The notes beneath the pieces are model-generated. The model was not told the DNA's origin. It searched no databases and worked only from the letters and a program-made list of their open reading frames with translations. From contig DATAMW010000030.1 of NCBI GenBank assembly GCA_036266555.1, forward strand, positions 1 through 61,520: a stretch of 61,520 bases of DNA, given 5' to 3'. This DNA comes from Patescibacteria group bacterium (lineage in GTDB: Bacteria; Patescibacteriota; Doudnabacteria; UBA920). Positions within the stretch are counted from its first letter, which is position 1, and the number at the start of each line of letters is the position of its first letter. Made by a program: the position numbers and the translations under genes. Below, piece by piece: positions 16,770 to 24,502 of the stretch.

Positions 16770-17920
16770 TCCAAAAATTTAAAACAATTTTGTTTGTCTC
16801 GTTTTTGCTTACACTTCTAGTGCCAGTTTTTAGTAAGCCTCTGGCAGCACAAGCTGATGTTGCATGCACAGCAGAGATAACCTTTGTTCAAAAAACAGCC
16901 AGTGGACAGGTGTATAACCATCCAAGTGGTAATAGTATCCAAATTGCTGACGGTGAAAGCTATTGGCTGCACTATAAAATTCACGCTACTGGCAAAAATG
17001 AGCCTTGTTTCGGAACTTACTATTACCGATTGGGCCAGGATGGGACTAAGGTGCTTCATTCTGCGAGTACTACAATCGCAGTAGATGACACCTATCCTTT
17101 AGATAGCGTCCTTAATCCACCTAAGCCAGGGAGTATAACTTTTGATATTCTTATTTCCCAGTCTCCTGAATTTCGTGGACTGGCGGATAGTGATGCTACA
17201 GAAATTAATTTTGTAGCAGGCAATAATACGCCTCCAACACCTTCTTCTGATCCATATCAGCCACAAAATGTGACGGTATGTAACCTGGGAAGTACTACGG
17301 CTACTATTTGTTGGACTACTAACAGTGAGTCTAACTCTGAAGTGGTTTATGGTACATCGGCGCAAACTTTAGACTCTGATAGCAACAAGCCGAATTTTAA
17401 AAGCGGCACAGCGTTTAATTTAAAAACTCATTCAATTGCCCTGACCCGTTTGACTGCGGCCACTGCGTATAAATTTATTGCTCGGAGTAGTCCGAATGCA
17501 CAAACCACTTCTACAACAAGTAGTGAAATGACTTTTACCACCAAGAACGCAGATGGCACTGGGGGGAGTAGTAACACGAATGCAAACTCAAATACCGGCA
17601 ACCCGAACTCGAATATCAACACTAATGTTGGTGTGAGTTTGGGAAACTTAGACGAACACATTGGCAGTTTCTTTAATCCTCTTACCAAAGATACTTTACC
17701 AGAACTGCTCGCCACAATTTTACGAATTTTGTTTGCGCTCATTGGCACAGTGGCTGTGATTATAATTATCATTGCTGGGTTCCGTATGGTGCTGGCTAGT
17801 GGTAACCAAACAGAATTGACCAAAGCCAAAGCAGCAATTACTTGGGCCGTGATCGGCCTAGTGATAGCGCTCATGGCATTTAGCATTGTGGCGATTATCC
17901 AAAAACTCATTCAAGGCTAG
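16766..17920 (+). CDS. Large TrbC/VirB2-like paralog P3 with an FN3-like ectodomain
   Basis: Start set at ATG 16766 (ATGA overlap with the P2 stop; signal peptide MIQKFKTILFVSFLLTLLVPVFSKPLAAQA). FN3-like segment PQNVTVCNLGSTTATICWTTNSESNSEVVYGTS...YKFIARS, an N-rich linker, then the module ILFALIGTVAVIIIIIAGFRMVLASGNQTELTKAKAAITWAVIGLVIALMAFSIVAIIQKLIQG. Confidence 0.6.
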   Translation: MIQKFKTILFVSFLLTLLVPVFSKPLAAQADVACTAEITFVQKTASGQVYNHPSGNSIQIADGESYWLHYKIHATGKNEPCFGTYYYRLGQDGTKVLHSASTTIAVDDTYPLDSVLNPPKPGSITFDILISQSPEFRGLADSDATEINFVAGNNTPPTPSSDPYQPQNVTVCNLGSTTATICWTTNSESNSEVVYGTSAQTLDSDSNKPNFKSGTAFNLKTHSIALTRLTAATAYKFIARSSPNAQTTSTTSSEMTFTTKNADGTGGSSNTNANSNTGNPNSNINTNVGVSLGNLDEHIGSFFNPLTKDTLPELLATILRILFALIGTVAVIIIIIAGFRMVLASGNQTELTKAKAAITWAVIGLVIALMAFSIVAIIQKLIQG

Positions 17921-17943
17921 TTAAAGTTTTAATAAATCAAAAA

Positions 17944-18360
17944 ATGATAAAATCTTTTCAAAAAACTTTCGCACTATTTTTCACAGCCCTCGCGCTTTGC
18001 ACGAGCCTCCTCGCACCAATCACCGCATATGCCGCAACCGACAACAAAGCTTGCACAGATTTAGAAAATCAAATTACTAACAGCGGCTTTAATGTTAAAG
18101 ATCAGTTGCCAGTGTATTGTACAACTGGATCAATTTACACTAAATTTTTAAACGGCGCGCTTTACGCAGTGGGGATTGTGGCTGTAATAGCCATTGTCTA
18201 CGGCGGCTATTTGTATATGACAGCACAATCAAACGCAGAACAGAGCAAACGGGCGCGTAATATTTTAACGTGGGCAGTACTCGGCCTAATTGTAGTAATT
18301 GTTGCAGCCTTGCTGGTAAACGTTGTTATCAACCTGCTTGTTGAAAACCGGTTTGTGTAA
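17944..18360 (+). CDS. TrbC/VirB2-like membrane protein, paralog P4
   Basis: Signal peptide (..ITAYA), a Cys pair (KACTD...VYCTTG), and the module LYAVGIVAVIAIVYGGYLYMTAQSNAEQSKRARNILTWAVLGLIVVIVAALLVNVVINLL. Confidence 0.6.
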   Translation: MIKSFQKTFALFFTALALCTSLLAPITAYAATDNKACTDLENQITNSGFNVKDQLPVYCTTGSIYTKFLNGALYAVGIVAVIAIVYGGYLYMTAQSNAEQSKRARNILTWAVLGLIVVIVAALLVNVVINLLVENRFV

Positions 18361-18469
18361 TTCCCTGGATATAGTAGAATATAAGTACGTTACATTTAGA
18401 TAAGAACCTGTTCGGAATCAGCTCTATGTTAGCCAGCCGATCCTGAACAGCTTCATCCTCATTCGAAAG

Positions 18470-18904
18470 GTGGTGAAAAAATTGAAACAAACTCTAAAAA
18501 AATTTAGTTGGTTAAATATCGCTCAGATGGTGTTCATGCTATTCTTGGTAACAGCTCCTATTACTGTTCCTGCTGTAGCTCACGCTGGCTTAGTTGATAC
18601 TTTTGTAAACAATTGTCCAGCTGATACTGGCGTGCGTTGTTCAGAAGGCAGCATTGCTTCCATCTTCCGTCTTATAATCAACTGGGCATTGGCAATTGCG
18701 TTTATCGCAGCTGTTATCATGTTGATTTACGGTGGTTTCCTTTACATCACGTCTGCAGGAAACACTGATAACGCTACAAAAGGCAAAACAGCTATTGTTA
18801 ACGCCTTAGTCGGTATTGTAATCATCGTACTTTCTTACATTATTGTTCAAATCGTGTACAGATTCGTATCTGGTTCTGGCTCCGGTGGAATTACTGGACC
18901 ATAA
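18470..18904 (+). CDS. TrbC/VirB2-like membrane protein, paralog P5
   Basis: GTG start after an SD-like GAAAGGTGG. Signal peptide, a Cys pair (NNCPADTGVRC), and the module INWALAIAFIAAVIMLIYGGFLYITSAGNTDNATKGKTAIVNALVGIVIIVLSYIIVQIVYRFV. Confidence 0.6.
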   Translation: MVKKLKQTLKKFSWLNIAQMVFMLFLVTAPITVPAVAHAGLVDTFVNNCPADTGVRCSEGSIASIFRLIINWALAIAFIAAVIMLIYGGFLYITSAGNTDNATKGKTAIVNALVGIVIIVLSYIIVQIVYRFVSGSGSGGITGP

Positions 18905-19039
18905 TTGTTTTCCCGCATTTAAGGTTAGCCTGATGTGCGGGATAGCTCTGGGAACAAAACTAAAACTACAAATGCACAAGTTCGTCGCAGTTTTATTTCC
19001 AGAGTTATTTATCAAAAATTGATTAAGACAATTAAAACA

Positions 19040-19447
19040 ATGAAACAAAAAATTATTTTAAGCTTAGCTGGGATGTTCGTTGCTATCATGGCCATGTTCG
19101 CTTTTGCTCCAAGCTTTGCAACTGTTAGCGCACAAGGCACAGGCTCTGGATGTACAACTAACTGTGTGGGCAGTGGTTTAAATGATATTGCACAAGCTTT
19201 CCCTGCAAGAACTACACACACAATTCCTGAATTGGCTAAACTAGTTATCAACTGGGCGTTGTACCTGGCTGCAATTATTGCCGTAATCTTCATCATCATT
19301 GGTGGCTTCATGTACATTACTTCTGCAGGTGACTCTGCTAAAGCAAGCAAAGGCCGCGCAACATTGGTTAATGCTTTAATTGGTTTAACCATGATCGTGC
19401 TGTCGTACTTAATTGTTCAAATCGTTTACAATTTCTTGACTACGTAG
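19040..19447 (+). CDS. TrbC/VirB2-like membrane protein, paralog P6
   Basis: Start set at ATG 19040 (MKQKIILSLAGMFVAIMAMFAFAPSFATVSA signal peptide). A Cys pair (GCTTNC) and the module INWALYLAAIIAVIFIIIGGFMYITSAGDSAKASKGRATLVNALIGLTMIVLSYLIVQIVYNFLTT. Confidence 0.6.
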   Translation: MKQKIILSLAGMFVAIMAMFAFAPSFATVSAQGTGSGCTTNCVGSGLNDIAQAFPARTTHTIPELAKLVINWALYLAAIIAVIFIIIGGFMYITSAGDSAKASKGRATLVNALIGLTMIVLSYLIVQIVYNFLTT

Positions 19448-19460
19448 TTCTATATAATTT

Positions 19461-20306
19461 GTGAGCATGATTTTTAGCAAAACATCTTTTATCTCCAAGT
19501 TTACTCTCGCCATGCTTGCTCTTGTGAGCATGGCGTTCTTTGTTGTGCCTGCAGACAACGCGCAGGCGCAGTCGGGTGGCAGAGGAACTCGAGTAGTATT
19601 CTGTTTTAACACAGTCACGAAAAACGTCACTTATCCTTCTTCTGTAGACAGCTGTCCACCAGATGCTAATATTATTTCTAAATCTTTTCCTAAAACTGAT
19701 AAAGGCTATTGTGTGACCGGCGCTAGTGCTCCTTATGATGCAGAGGAACCTCTACTAACTGCTGCAGGCGAACCTAAAGTAGCGAATGGCCAATGTCTTT
19801 CTGATGACAAACCTGGTGACCCGGCTCATTCTAGTGTGCCGTTCGGCCCATTTGTAGCATTCCCATCATCTGTTCTCCCTGCGCCAACTCCGACACCAAC
19901 CCCAACCCCAACGCCCACACCTACTCCTACTGTTCCTCCTGGTGGAAGTGGTGGTCCAGGCGGTGGCGGTCCAGGCAATTACACTCAAGGGGATTGTGAA
20001 GACAATTTCCACAAAGTTGGCCCATTGTGTGTGCCGAATAATCCTTTCAACAACAACTCCATTGCTGGGGGCGATGCCACAGCCAGCAGTATTGCTGTGA
20101 GAATCATCAAAATTTTGCTTTACTTTGGGGCAATTGTTGCAGTAATCATGGCCATGATTGGCGGTTACTACGTGATGACTGCAGCTGGCAATGCGGCTCA
20201 AGCAGCTAGTGGCCGTAAAACCCTAACTAACGCAGTAATTGGCTTGGCGATTGTAGTTTTGGCTTATGTCATAATTCAAGCAGTTATCAGTTTCCTAACC
20301 ACATAA
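19461..20306 (+). CDS. Large TrbC/VirB2-like paralog P7 with a Cys-rich ectodomain and a (PT)8 linker
   Basis: Signal peptide, a ~130-aa Cys-containing domain, a PTPTPTPTPTPTPTPT linker, a G-rich stretch, a second Cys pair, then the module LLYFGAIVAVIMAMIGGYYVMTAAGNAAQAASGRKTLTNAVIGLAIVVLAYVIIQAVISFLTT. Confidence 0.6.
   Translation: MSMIFSKTSFISKFTLAMLALVSMAFFVVPADNAQAQSGGRGTRVVFCFNTVTKNVTYPSSVDSCPPDANIISKSFPKTDKGYCVTGASAPYDAEEPLLTAAGEPKVANGQCLSDDKPGDPAHSSVPFGPFVAFPSSVLPAPTPTPTPTPTPTPTPTVPPGGSGGPGGGGPGNYTQGDCEDNFHKVGPLCVPNNPFNNNSIAGGDATASSIAVRIIKILLYFGAIVAVIMAMIGGYYVMTAAGNAAQAASGRKTLTNAVIGLAIVVLAYVIIQAVISFLTT
19884..19931 (+). repeat. In-frame (Pro-Thr)x8 dipeptide repeat within P7
   Basis: cca act ccg aca cca acc cca acc cca acg ccc aca cct act cct act, read directly. 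Confidence 0.9.
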
Positions 20307-20361
20307 CCGTTTTATGGCCTAAACACGCGCTTCACAAACCCAAAAATATATCGTATAATAA

Positions 20362-20388
20362 GGAACCAGAGCAATCTGGTTCTTTTTA
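20362..20388 (+). terminator. Intrinsic terminator after the pilin-like array
   Basis: GGAACCAG-agcaat-CTGGTTC followed by T5. Confidence 0.7.
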
Positions 20389-20413
20389 GAAAGCGCTTAG
20401 AAAAGCACTCCAT

Positions 20414-20500
20414 GCCGGAGTGGCGAAATTGGCAGACGCACCAGCCTTAGGAGCTGGCGGGGGCAACCCTGTGGAGGTTCAAGTCCTCTCTCCGGCACCA
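20414..20500 (+). tRNA. tRNA-Leu (anticodon UAG), CCA encoded
   Basis: Acceptor stem GCCGGAG/CTCCGGC, D-arm GTGGCGAAATTGGCAGAC, anticodon stem-loop CCAGC-CTTAGGA-GCTGG, long variable arm, T-arm GGAGGTTCAAGTCCTCT, terminal ACCA. Confidence 0.9.
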
Positions 20501-20517
20501 GCGCCCTTTGCGGGCGC
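20501..20517 (+). other. GC-rich hairpin directly 3' of tRNA-Leu (processing or attenuation element?)
   Basis: GCGCCC-tttgc-GGGCGC with no following T-run, 19 nt upstream of the ftsH ATG. Confidence 0.4.
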
Positions 20518-20536
20518 TCATTAACATATTTCTAGC

Positions 20537-22438
20537 ATGGGTAAGATTATCAAAAATATTATTCTCGTATTAATTGGTTTTTTAATTATCTCAGTGATTG
20601 TAGCTGCGTTTACAACCAGCAAAGAAGTTAAGTCAGTGCCGCTGTCCGAAGTATCAAGTTTAATTAAAGATGATAAAGTCGAAAGCATTGAAGTTAACTC
20701 TGACTCTATCCTAACAAAGTTAAAAGATAGCGATAGCAAATTAAAATCTTCTATCGGCGCACGCACAGATATTCCAAAATATTTTGTAGACTCAGGTGTT
20801 CCGTCCGACAAGATTGCAAACATTAAAATTGAATTCAGCACTCCAGGCACTGCATCACAAGTTGCAGGAGCAATTTTGCCATTCCTAATTCCGTTTGTGT
20901 TAATTGCGTTGTTCATTTATTTCTTGATGCGCCAAGTGCAAGGTTCAAACAATCGCGCCTTAACTTTTGGACAAAGTTCTGTAAAGTTAAATGACGAACA
21001 AAAGAATAAAGTTCGCTTTGACGATGTTGCTGGTGCCAAAGAAGCGAAAGAAGAGCTCTCCGAAATTGTGCAATTTTTAAAATTCCCACAAAAGTTTTTA
21101 GCTTTAGGTGCAAAGATTCCTAAAGGTGTGTTGTTGCTTGGTAGCCCTGGTGTTGGTAAAACAATGTTAGCTCGTGCTGTGGCCGGAGAAGCGAACGTAC
21201 CGTTCTTCCACATTTCTGGTTCTGAATTCGTAGAAATGTTTGTGGGTGTGGGTGCATCCCGCGTGCGCGATTTATTTAAAAAAGCCAAACGCAATGCGCC
21301 GTGTATTGTATTCATCGACGAAATTGATGCAGTGGGACGACAGCGCGGTGCTGGAGTAGGTGGCGGTCACGATGAACGTGAACAAACTCTAAATCAAATC
21401 TTAGTTGAAATGGATGGTTTTGAAACTGATACAAATGTAATTGTAGTAGCAGCAACTAACCGTCCAGATGTATTGGACCCAGCTTTGCTTCGTCCTGGTC
21501 GTTTTGACCGCCAAGTAATTTTGGACTTACCAGACATTAATGACCGCGAAGCGATTCTAAAAATTCACAGCAAGAACAAACCATTTGCAACAGACGTGAA
21601 TTTGCGTAAAATTGCCGAACGCACTCCAGGTTTCTCTGGTGCAGACTTAGCTAACCTTGTTAACGAAGGTGCAATTTTAGCAGCTCGTACAGACAAGAAA
21701 CAAATTGATGGCGATGACTTAAAGGAAGCGATTGAAAAAATTGTAGTTGGTCCTTCTCGCAAGAGCCACTTAATGTCTGATTCAGAAAAGAAAGTTACTG
21801 CTTACCATGAAGGTGGACACGCTTTGGTTGGCTCGGTGTTAGCTGAATCTGACCCGGTTCATAAAGTAACTATTTTGTCTCGTGGTCGCGCTTTGGGTTA
21901 CACCATGAAGCTGCCAACAGAAGATAAGCACATGAGCACTAAAGGCGCGTTTCTCGACGAAATCGCTGCTTTGGTTGGTGGTTATGCTGCTGAAAAACTA
22001 ATTTTTGGCCGATTAACAACTGGCGCGAGCAATGACTTAAAAGTTGCGACTAACATGGCGCGTAAATTAATCACTCAATACGGAATGAGCGATGCGTTTG
22101 GCCCTGTGGTTCTAGGTGAGCCACATGAAAACGTGTTCTTAGGTCGGGATATGGGTGAGCAAAAAAATTACAGTGAAGATACAGCTCAAAAAATTGATGC
22201 AGAAGTGCGCCGCATTATGTCCGAAGGTGAAGCGCGGGCTACTCAAGTGTTAACTCAGTATCGAACTTACCTTGATACCATTGCAGACCGCTTGTTAAAA
22301 GAAGAAACTTTGGAACAAGAAGCTTTTACTGAAATTGTAAAAGATATTATTCCAGCGAATAAAAAGAAACTTCCCGATTTTGATAACGTTGCACCAGACA
22401 ATACTGCAGACGGTATAGACGTAGCAGCAGTGGCTTAA
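20537..22438 (+). CDS. ftsH: ATP-dependent zinc metalloprotease FtsH
   Basis: Two N-terminal TM helices, AAA+ Walker [15 protein letters not shown], Walker [14 protein letters not shown], zinc motif HEGGHAL. Confidence 0.97.
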   Translation: MGKIIKNIILVLIGFLIISVIVAAFTTSKEVKSVPLSEVSSLIKDDKVESIEVNSDSILTKLKDSDSKLKSSIGARTDIPKYFVDSGVPSDKIANIKIEFSTPGTASQVAGAILPFLIPFVLIALFIYFLMRQVQGSNNRALTFGQSSVKLNDEQKNKVRFDDVAGAKEAKEELSEIVQFLKFPQKFLALGAKIPKGVLLLGSPGVGKTMLARAVAGEANVPFFHISGSEFVEMFVGVGASRVRDLFKKAKRNAPCIVFIDEIDAVGRQRGAGVGGGHDEREQTLNQILVEMDGFETDTNVIVVAATNRPDVLDPALLRPGRFDRQVILDLPDINDREAILKIHSKNKPFATDVNLRKIAERTPGFSGADLANLVNEGAILAARTDKKQIDGDDLKEAIEKIVVGPSRKSHLMSDSEKKVTAYHEGGHALVGSVLAESDPVHKVTILSRGRALGYTMKLPTEDKHMSTKGAFLDEIAALVGGYAAEKLIFGRLTTGASNDLKVATNMARKLITQYGMSDAFGPVVLGEPHENVFLGRDMGEQKNYSEDTAQKIDAEVRRIMSEGEARATQVLTQYRTYLDTIADRLLKEETLEQEAFTEIVKDIIPANKKKLPDFDNVAPDNTADGIDVAAVA

Positions 22439-22494
22439 ATTTCGCCTGCTAGTCTAGCTGCGCGATCAAGTTTAGTTAAAGAAAAAATAAAGCG

Positions 22495-23400
22495 ATGAGT
22501 TACAGAGAGGTTTTATCCCAAGCCTATAACTTAACTATCCGCAACCCGTTGATGTGGCTGTTTGGACTAGTTATGTTGGGGGGATTCAACCTCTCTTTAA
22601 TTAATTTTTTTACTTTGGTGCCAGGCGGCGAATGGAAAACTTGGCCACTGGTTGCCGAAACTATCTTTGGTTCACACGCTGCAAGCTTGGTAGTTCTTGT
22701 ACTCGTTGTTGGTGCAGCGTTCGTTGTTTTGAATTTGATAAAAATTCTGTTCATTGTGGTGGCGCATAGTTTTTTGCATCATACTTCAGGCGACGCCGGT
22801 AGCACGCCGCAGATTGAATGTGATTTGTGTGTGAAAGTTAAAGCTCAAGCTACGAATGATGAACAACTACCATACTTTTCGTGGTTGGTTAAATGCATTA
22901 CATCCAGCGCAATTACTATTGCACTTACAGTTGGGATCACTTTAGCAGCTAACTCAGTTTTGAGTGCTTCTGGCTATGACACCCCCGCAGCAGTGATCAT
23001 CAATTTATTATTTGTAGCTGCAGTGACTTGCATAATTGGCACGTGGAATGTGTTCACTAATTATTTTATTGTGCTGCATGGGTTGAGTTTCCAGAATGCA
23101 TCAGCTGCGGCAATTGATTTACTCGTTAAACACAGCAAGCGCGTGGCAGAGTTTGTGATTTTGCTCTCAGTGATTTATTCATTCTCTGTAGTGGTTGGCA
23201 ATGTGTTTATCCAAACTTGGCATTTTAGTATGCTGGCTCACGCGTTGCCTCTAGTTCGCCTCGCGTTGATGGCCGGTCTGGCGTTGTGGTTTGCAATTAA
23301 CAACTCTTTCTTTAACTTTGCGTTTTTGATTTTCTTTGATCGCACAGTAAAAGCCACGCCAGCCGCAGAAAAATCCGCTCAAGCAGTGGCGCAGGTGTAA
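22495..23400 (+). CDS. Hypothetical polytopic membrane protein
   Basis: 301-aa ORF with about six or seven hydrophobic segments; no recognisable family motif. Confidence 0.55.
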   Translation: MSYREVLSQAYNLTIRNPLMWLFGLVMLGGFNLSLINFFTLVPGGEWKTWPLVAETIFGSHAASLVVLVLVVGAAFVVLNLIKILFIVVAHSFLHHTSGDAGSTPQIECDLCVKVKAQATNDEQLPYFSWLVKCITSSAITIALTVGITLAANSVLSASGYDTPAAVIINLLFVAAVTCIIGTWNVFTNYFIVLHGLSFQNASAAAIDLLVKHSKRVAEFVILLSVIYSFSVVVGNVFIQTWHFSMLAHALPLVRLALMAGLALWFAINNSFFNFAFLIFFDRTVKATPAAEKSAQAVAQV

Positions 23401-23461
23401 AATAGCCCGTAGACAATTCCTCTAAAATAGATTAGACTATGATTGTTTTAAATAACAATTT

Positions 23462-23537
23462 GGGCGGTTAGCTCAGTTGGTAGAGCGTCTCATTGACGTT
23501 GAGAAGGCCACAGGTTCGACTCCTGTACCGCCCACCA
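23462..23537 (+). tRNA. tRNA-Val (anticodon GAC), CCA encoded
   Basis: GGGCGGT/ACCGCCC acceptor stem, GCTCAGTTGGTAGAGC D-arm, anticodon loop TTGACGT, T-arm ACAGGTTCGACTCCTGT, terminal ACCA. Confidence 0.92.
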
Positions 23538-23633
23538 TTAGCTATGAATTAATTAGGGCAAGTGTTGGGAACGTTGCATCAAGTAACTAAACTTGATTCG
23601 AGGTTCGTGATTCTTGCAATAAAGCGAGAAAAT

Positions 23634-24329
23634 ATGTCAGCAATCAAAAAAGATGATGTTGCCAAATTAATCGGTCATTCGCCGAAAAATTTGGACTTGT
23701 ACATTTCAGCGTTTACTCACCGATCTTATCTAAATGAGAATCGGGAATTTAACTTGCCTCACAATGAGCGTTTGGAATTTTTAGGTGATGCAGTGTTGGA
23801 ATTAATTTCCACAGAATACTTGTACAAAACGTATGATCACCCCGAAGGGGAGCTTACCAACTTTCGTAGTGCATTGGTAAATTATAAAATGCTTTCCGAC
23901 ATTGCCGCACGTTTACAATTTGAACAATATTTATTGATGTCACGCGGCGAAGCAAAAGATACTGGACGTGCTCGCCAAGTAATTTTAGCTAATTGTATTG
24001 AAGCGTTCATTGGTGCGTTGTACTTAGACTTGGGCTACGACATAACTGCAGACTTTATCAAAAAAGAAGTGCTTGTGGAATTGTCAAAAATTATTACCGA
24101 TGGGTCATACATGGATCCAAAAAGTAAATTACAAGAATTAGTGCAAGAAAAGCATGGCATCACACCAACGTATGGAGTGGTTTCCGAAAGTGGTCCAGAC
24201 CATGACAAAGTATTTGTGGTTGCGAGCTACATGGGCAAGAAAGAAATCGGTCGCGGCGAAGGTCCAAGCAAACAGGAAGGTGAAATTTCTGCTGCGGCTA
24301 ACGCTCTTGAACAAATGGGTGTGAAATAA
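23634..24329 (+). CDS. rnc: Ribonuclease III
   Basis: Signature ERLEFLGDAVLEL and a C-terminal dsRBD (PKSKLQELVQEKHG...HDKVFVV...GEGPSKQEGEISAAANAL). Start set at ATG 23634; the track start at 23562 would abut the tRNA. Confidence 0.9.
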   Translation: MSAIKKDDVAKLIGHSPKNLDLYISAFTHRSYLNENREFNLPHNERLEFLGDAVLELISTEYLYKTYDHPEGELTNFRSALVNYKMLSDIAARLQFEQYLLMSRGEAKDTGRARQVILANCIEAFIGALYLDLGYDITADFIKKEVLVELSKIITDGSYMDPKSKLQELVQEKHGITPTYGVVSESGPDHDKVFVVASYMGKKEIGRGEGPSKQEGEISAAANALEQMGVK

Positions 24330-24443
24330 TTTTAAAGTTTTGATAAAAGTGGATAACTCGCGTTGACCGCGCATGTAACGAATGTTATTCTAGAGACACG
24401 AGATAATCTCCGAGTAACCAAACAAAGACAAAGATATCAGAAA

Positions 24444-24472
24444 CGACTTCCTAAAATCAGGAAGCCGTTTTT
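24444..24472 (+). terminator. Intrinsic terminator downstream of rnc
   Basis: CTTCCT-aaaatc-AGGAAG followed by CCGTTTTTG. Confidence 0.55.
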
Positions 24473-24483
24473 GTTTAGCAGTA

Positions 24484-24492
24484 TGGTATAAT
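24484..24492 (+). promoter_or_regulatory. Extended -10 (TGgTATAAT) 10 nt upstream of the smc ATG
   Basis: TGGTATAAT at 24484-24492, ATG at 24503, no SD in between. Confidence 0.5.
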
Positions 24493-24502
24493 TATTGAAG
24501 TT

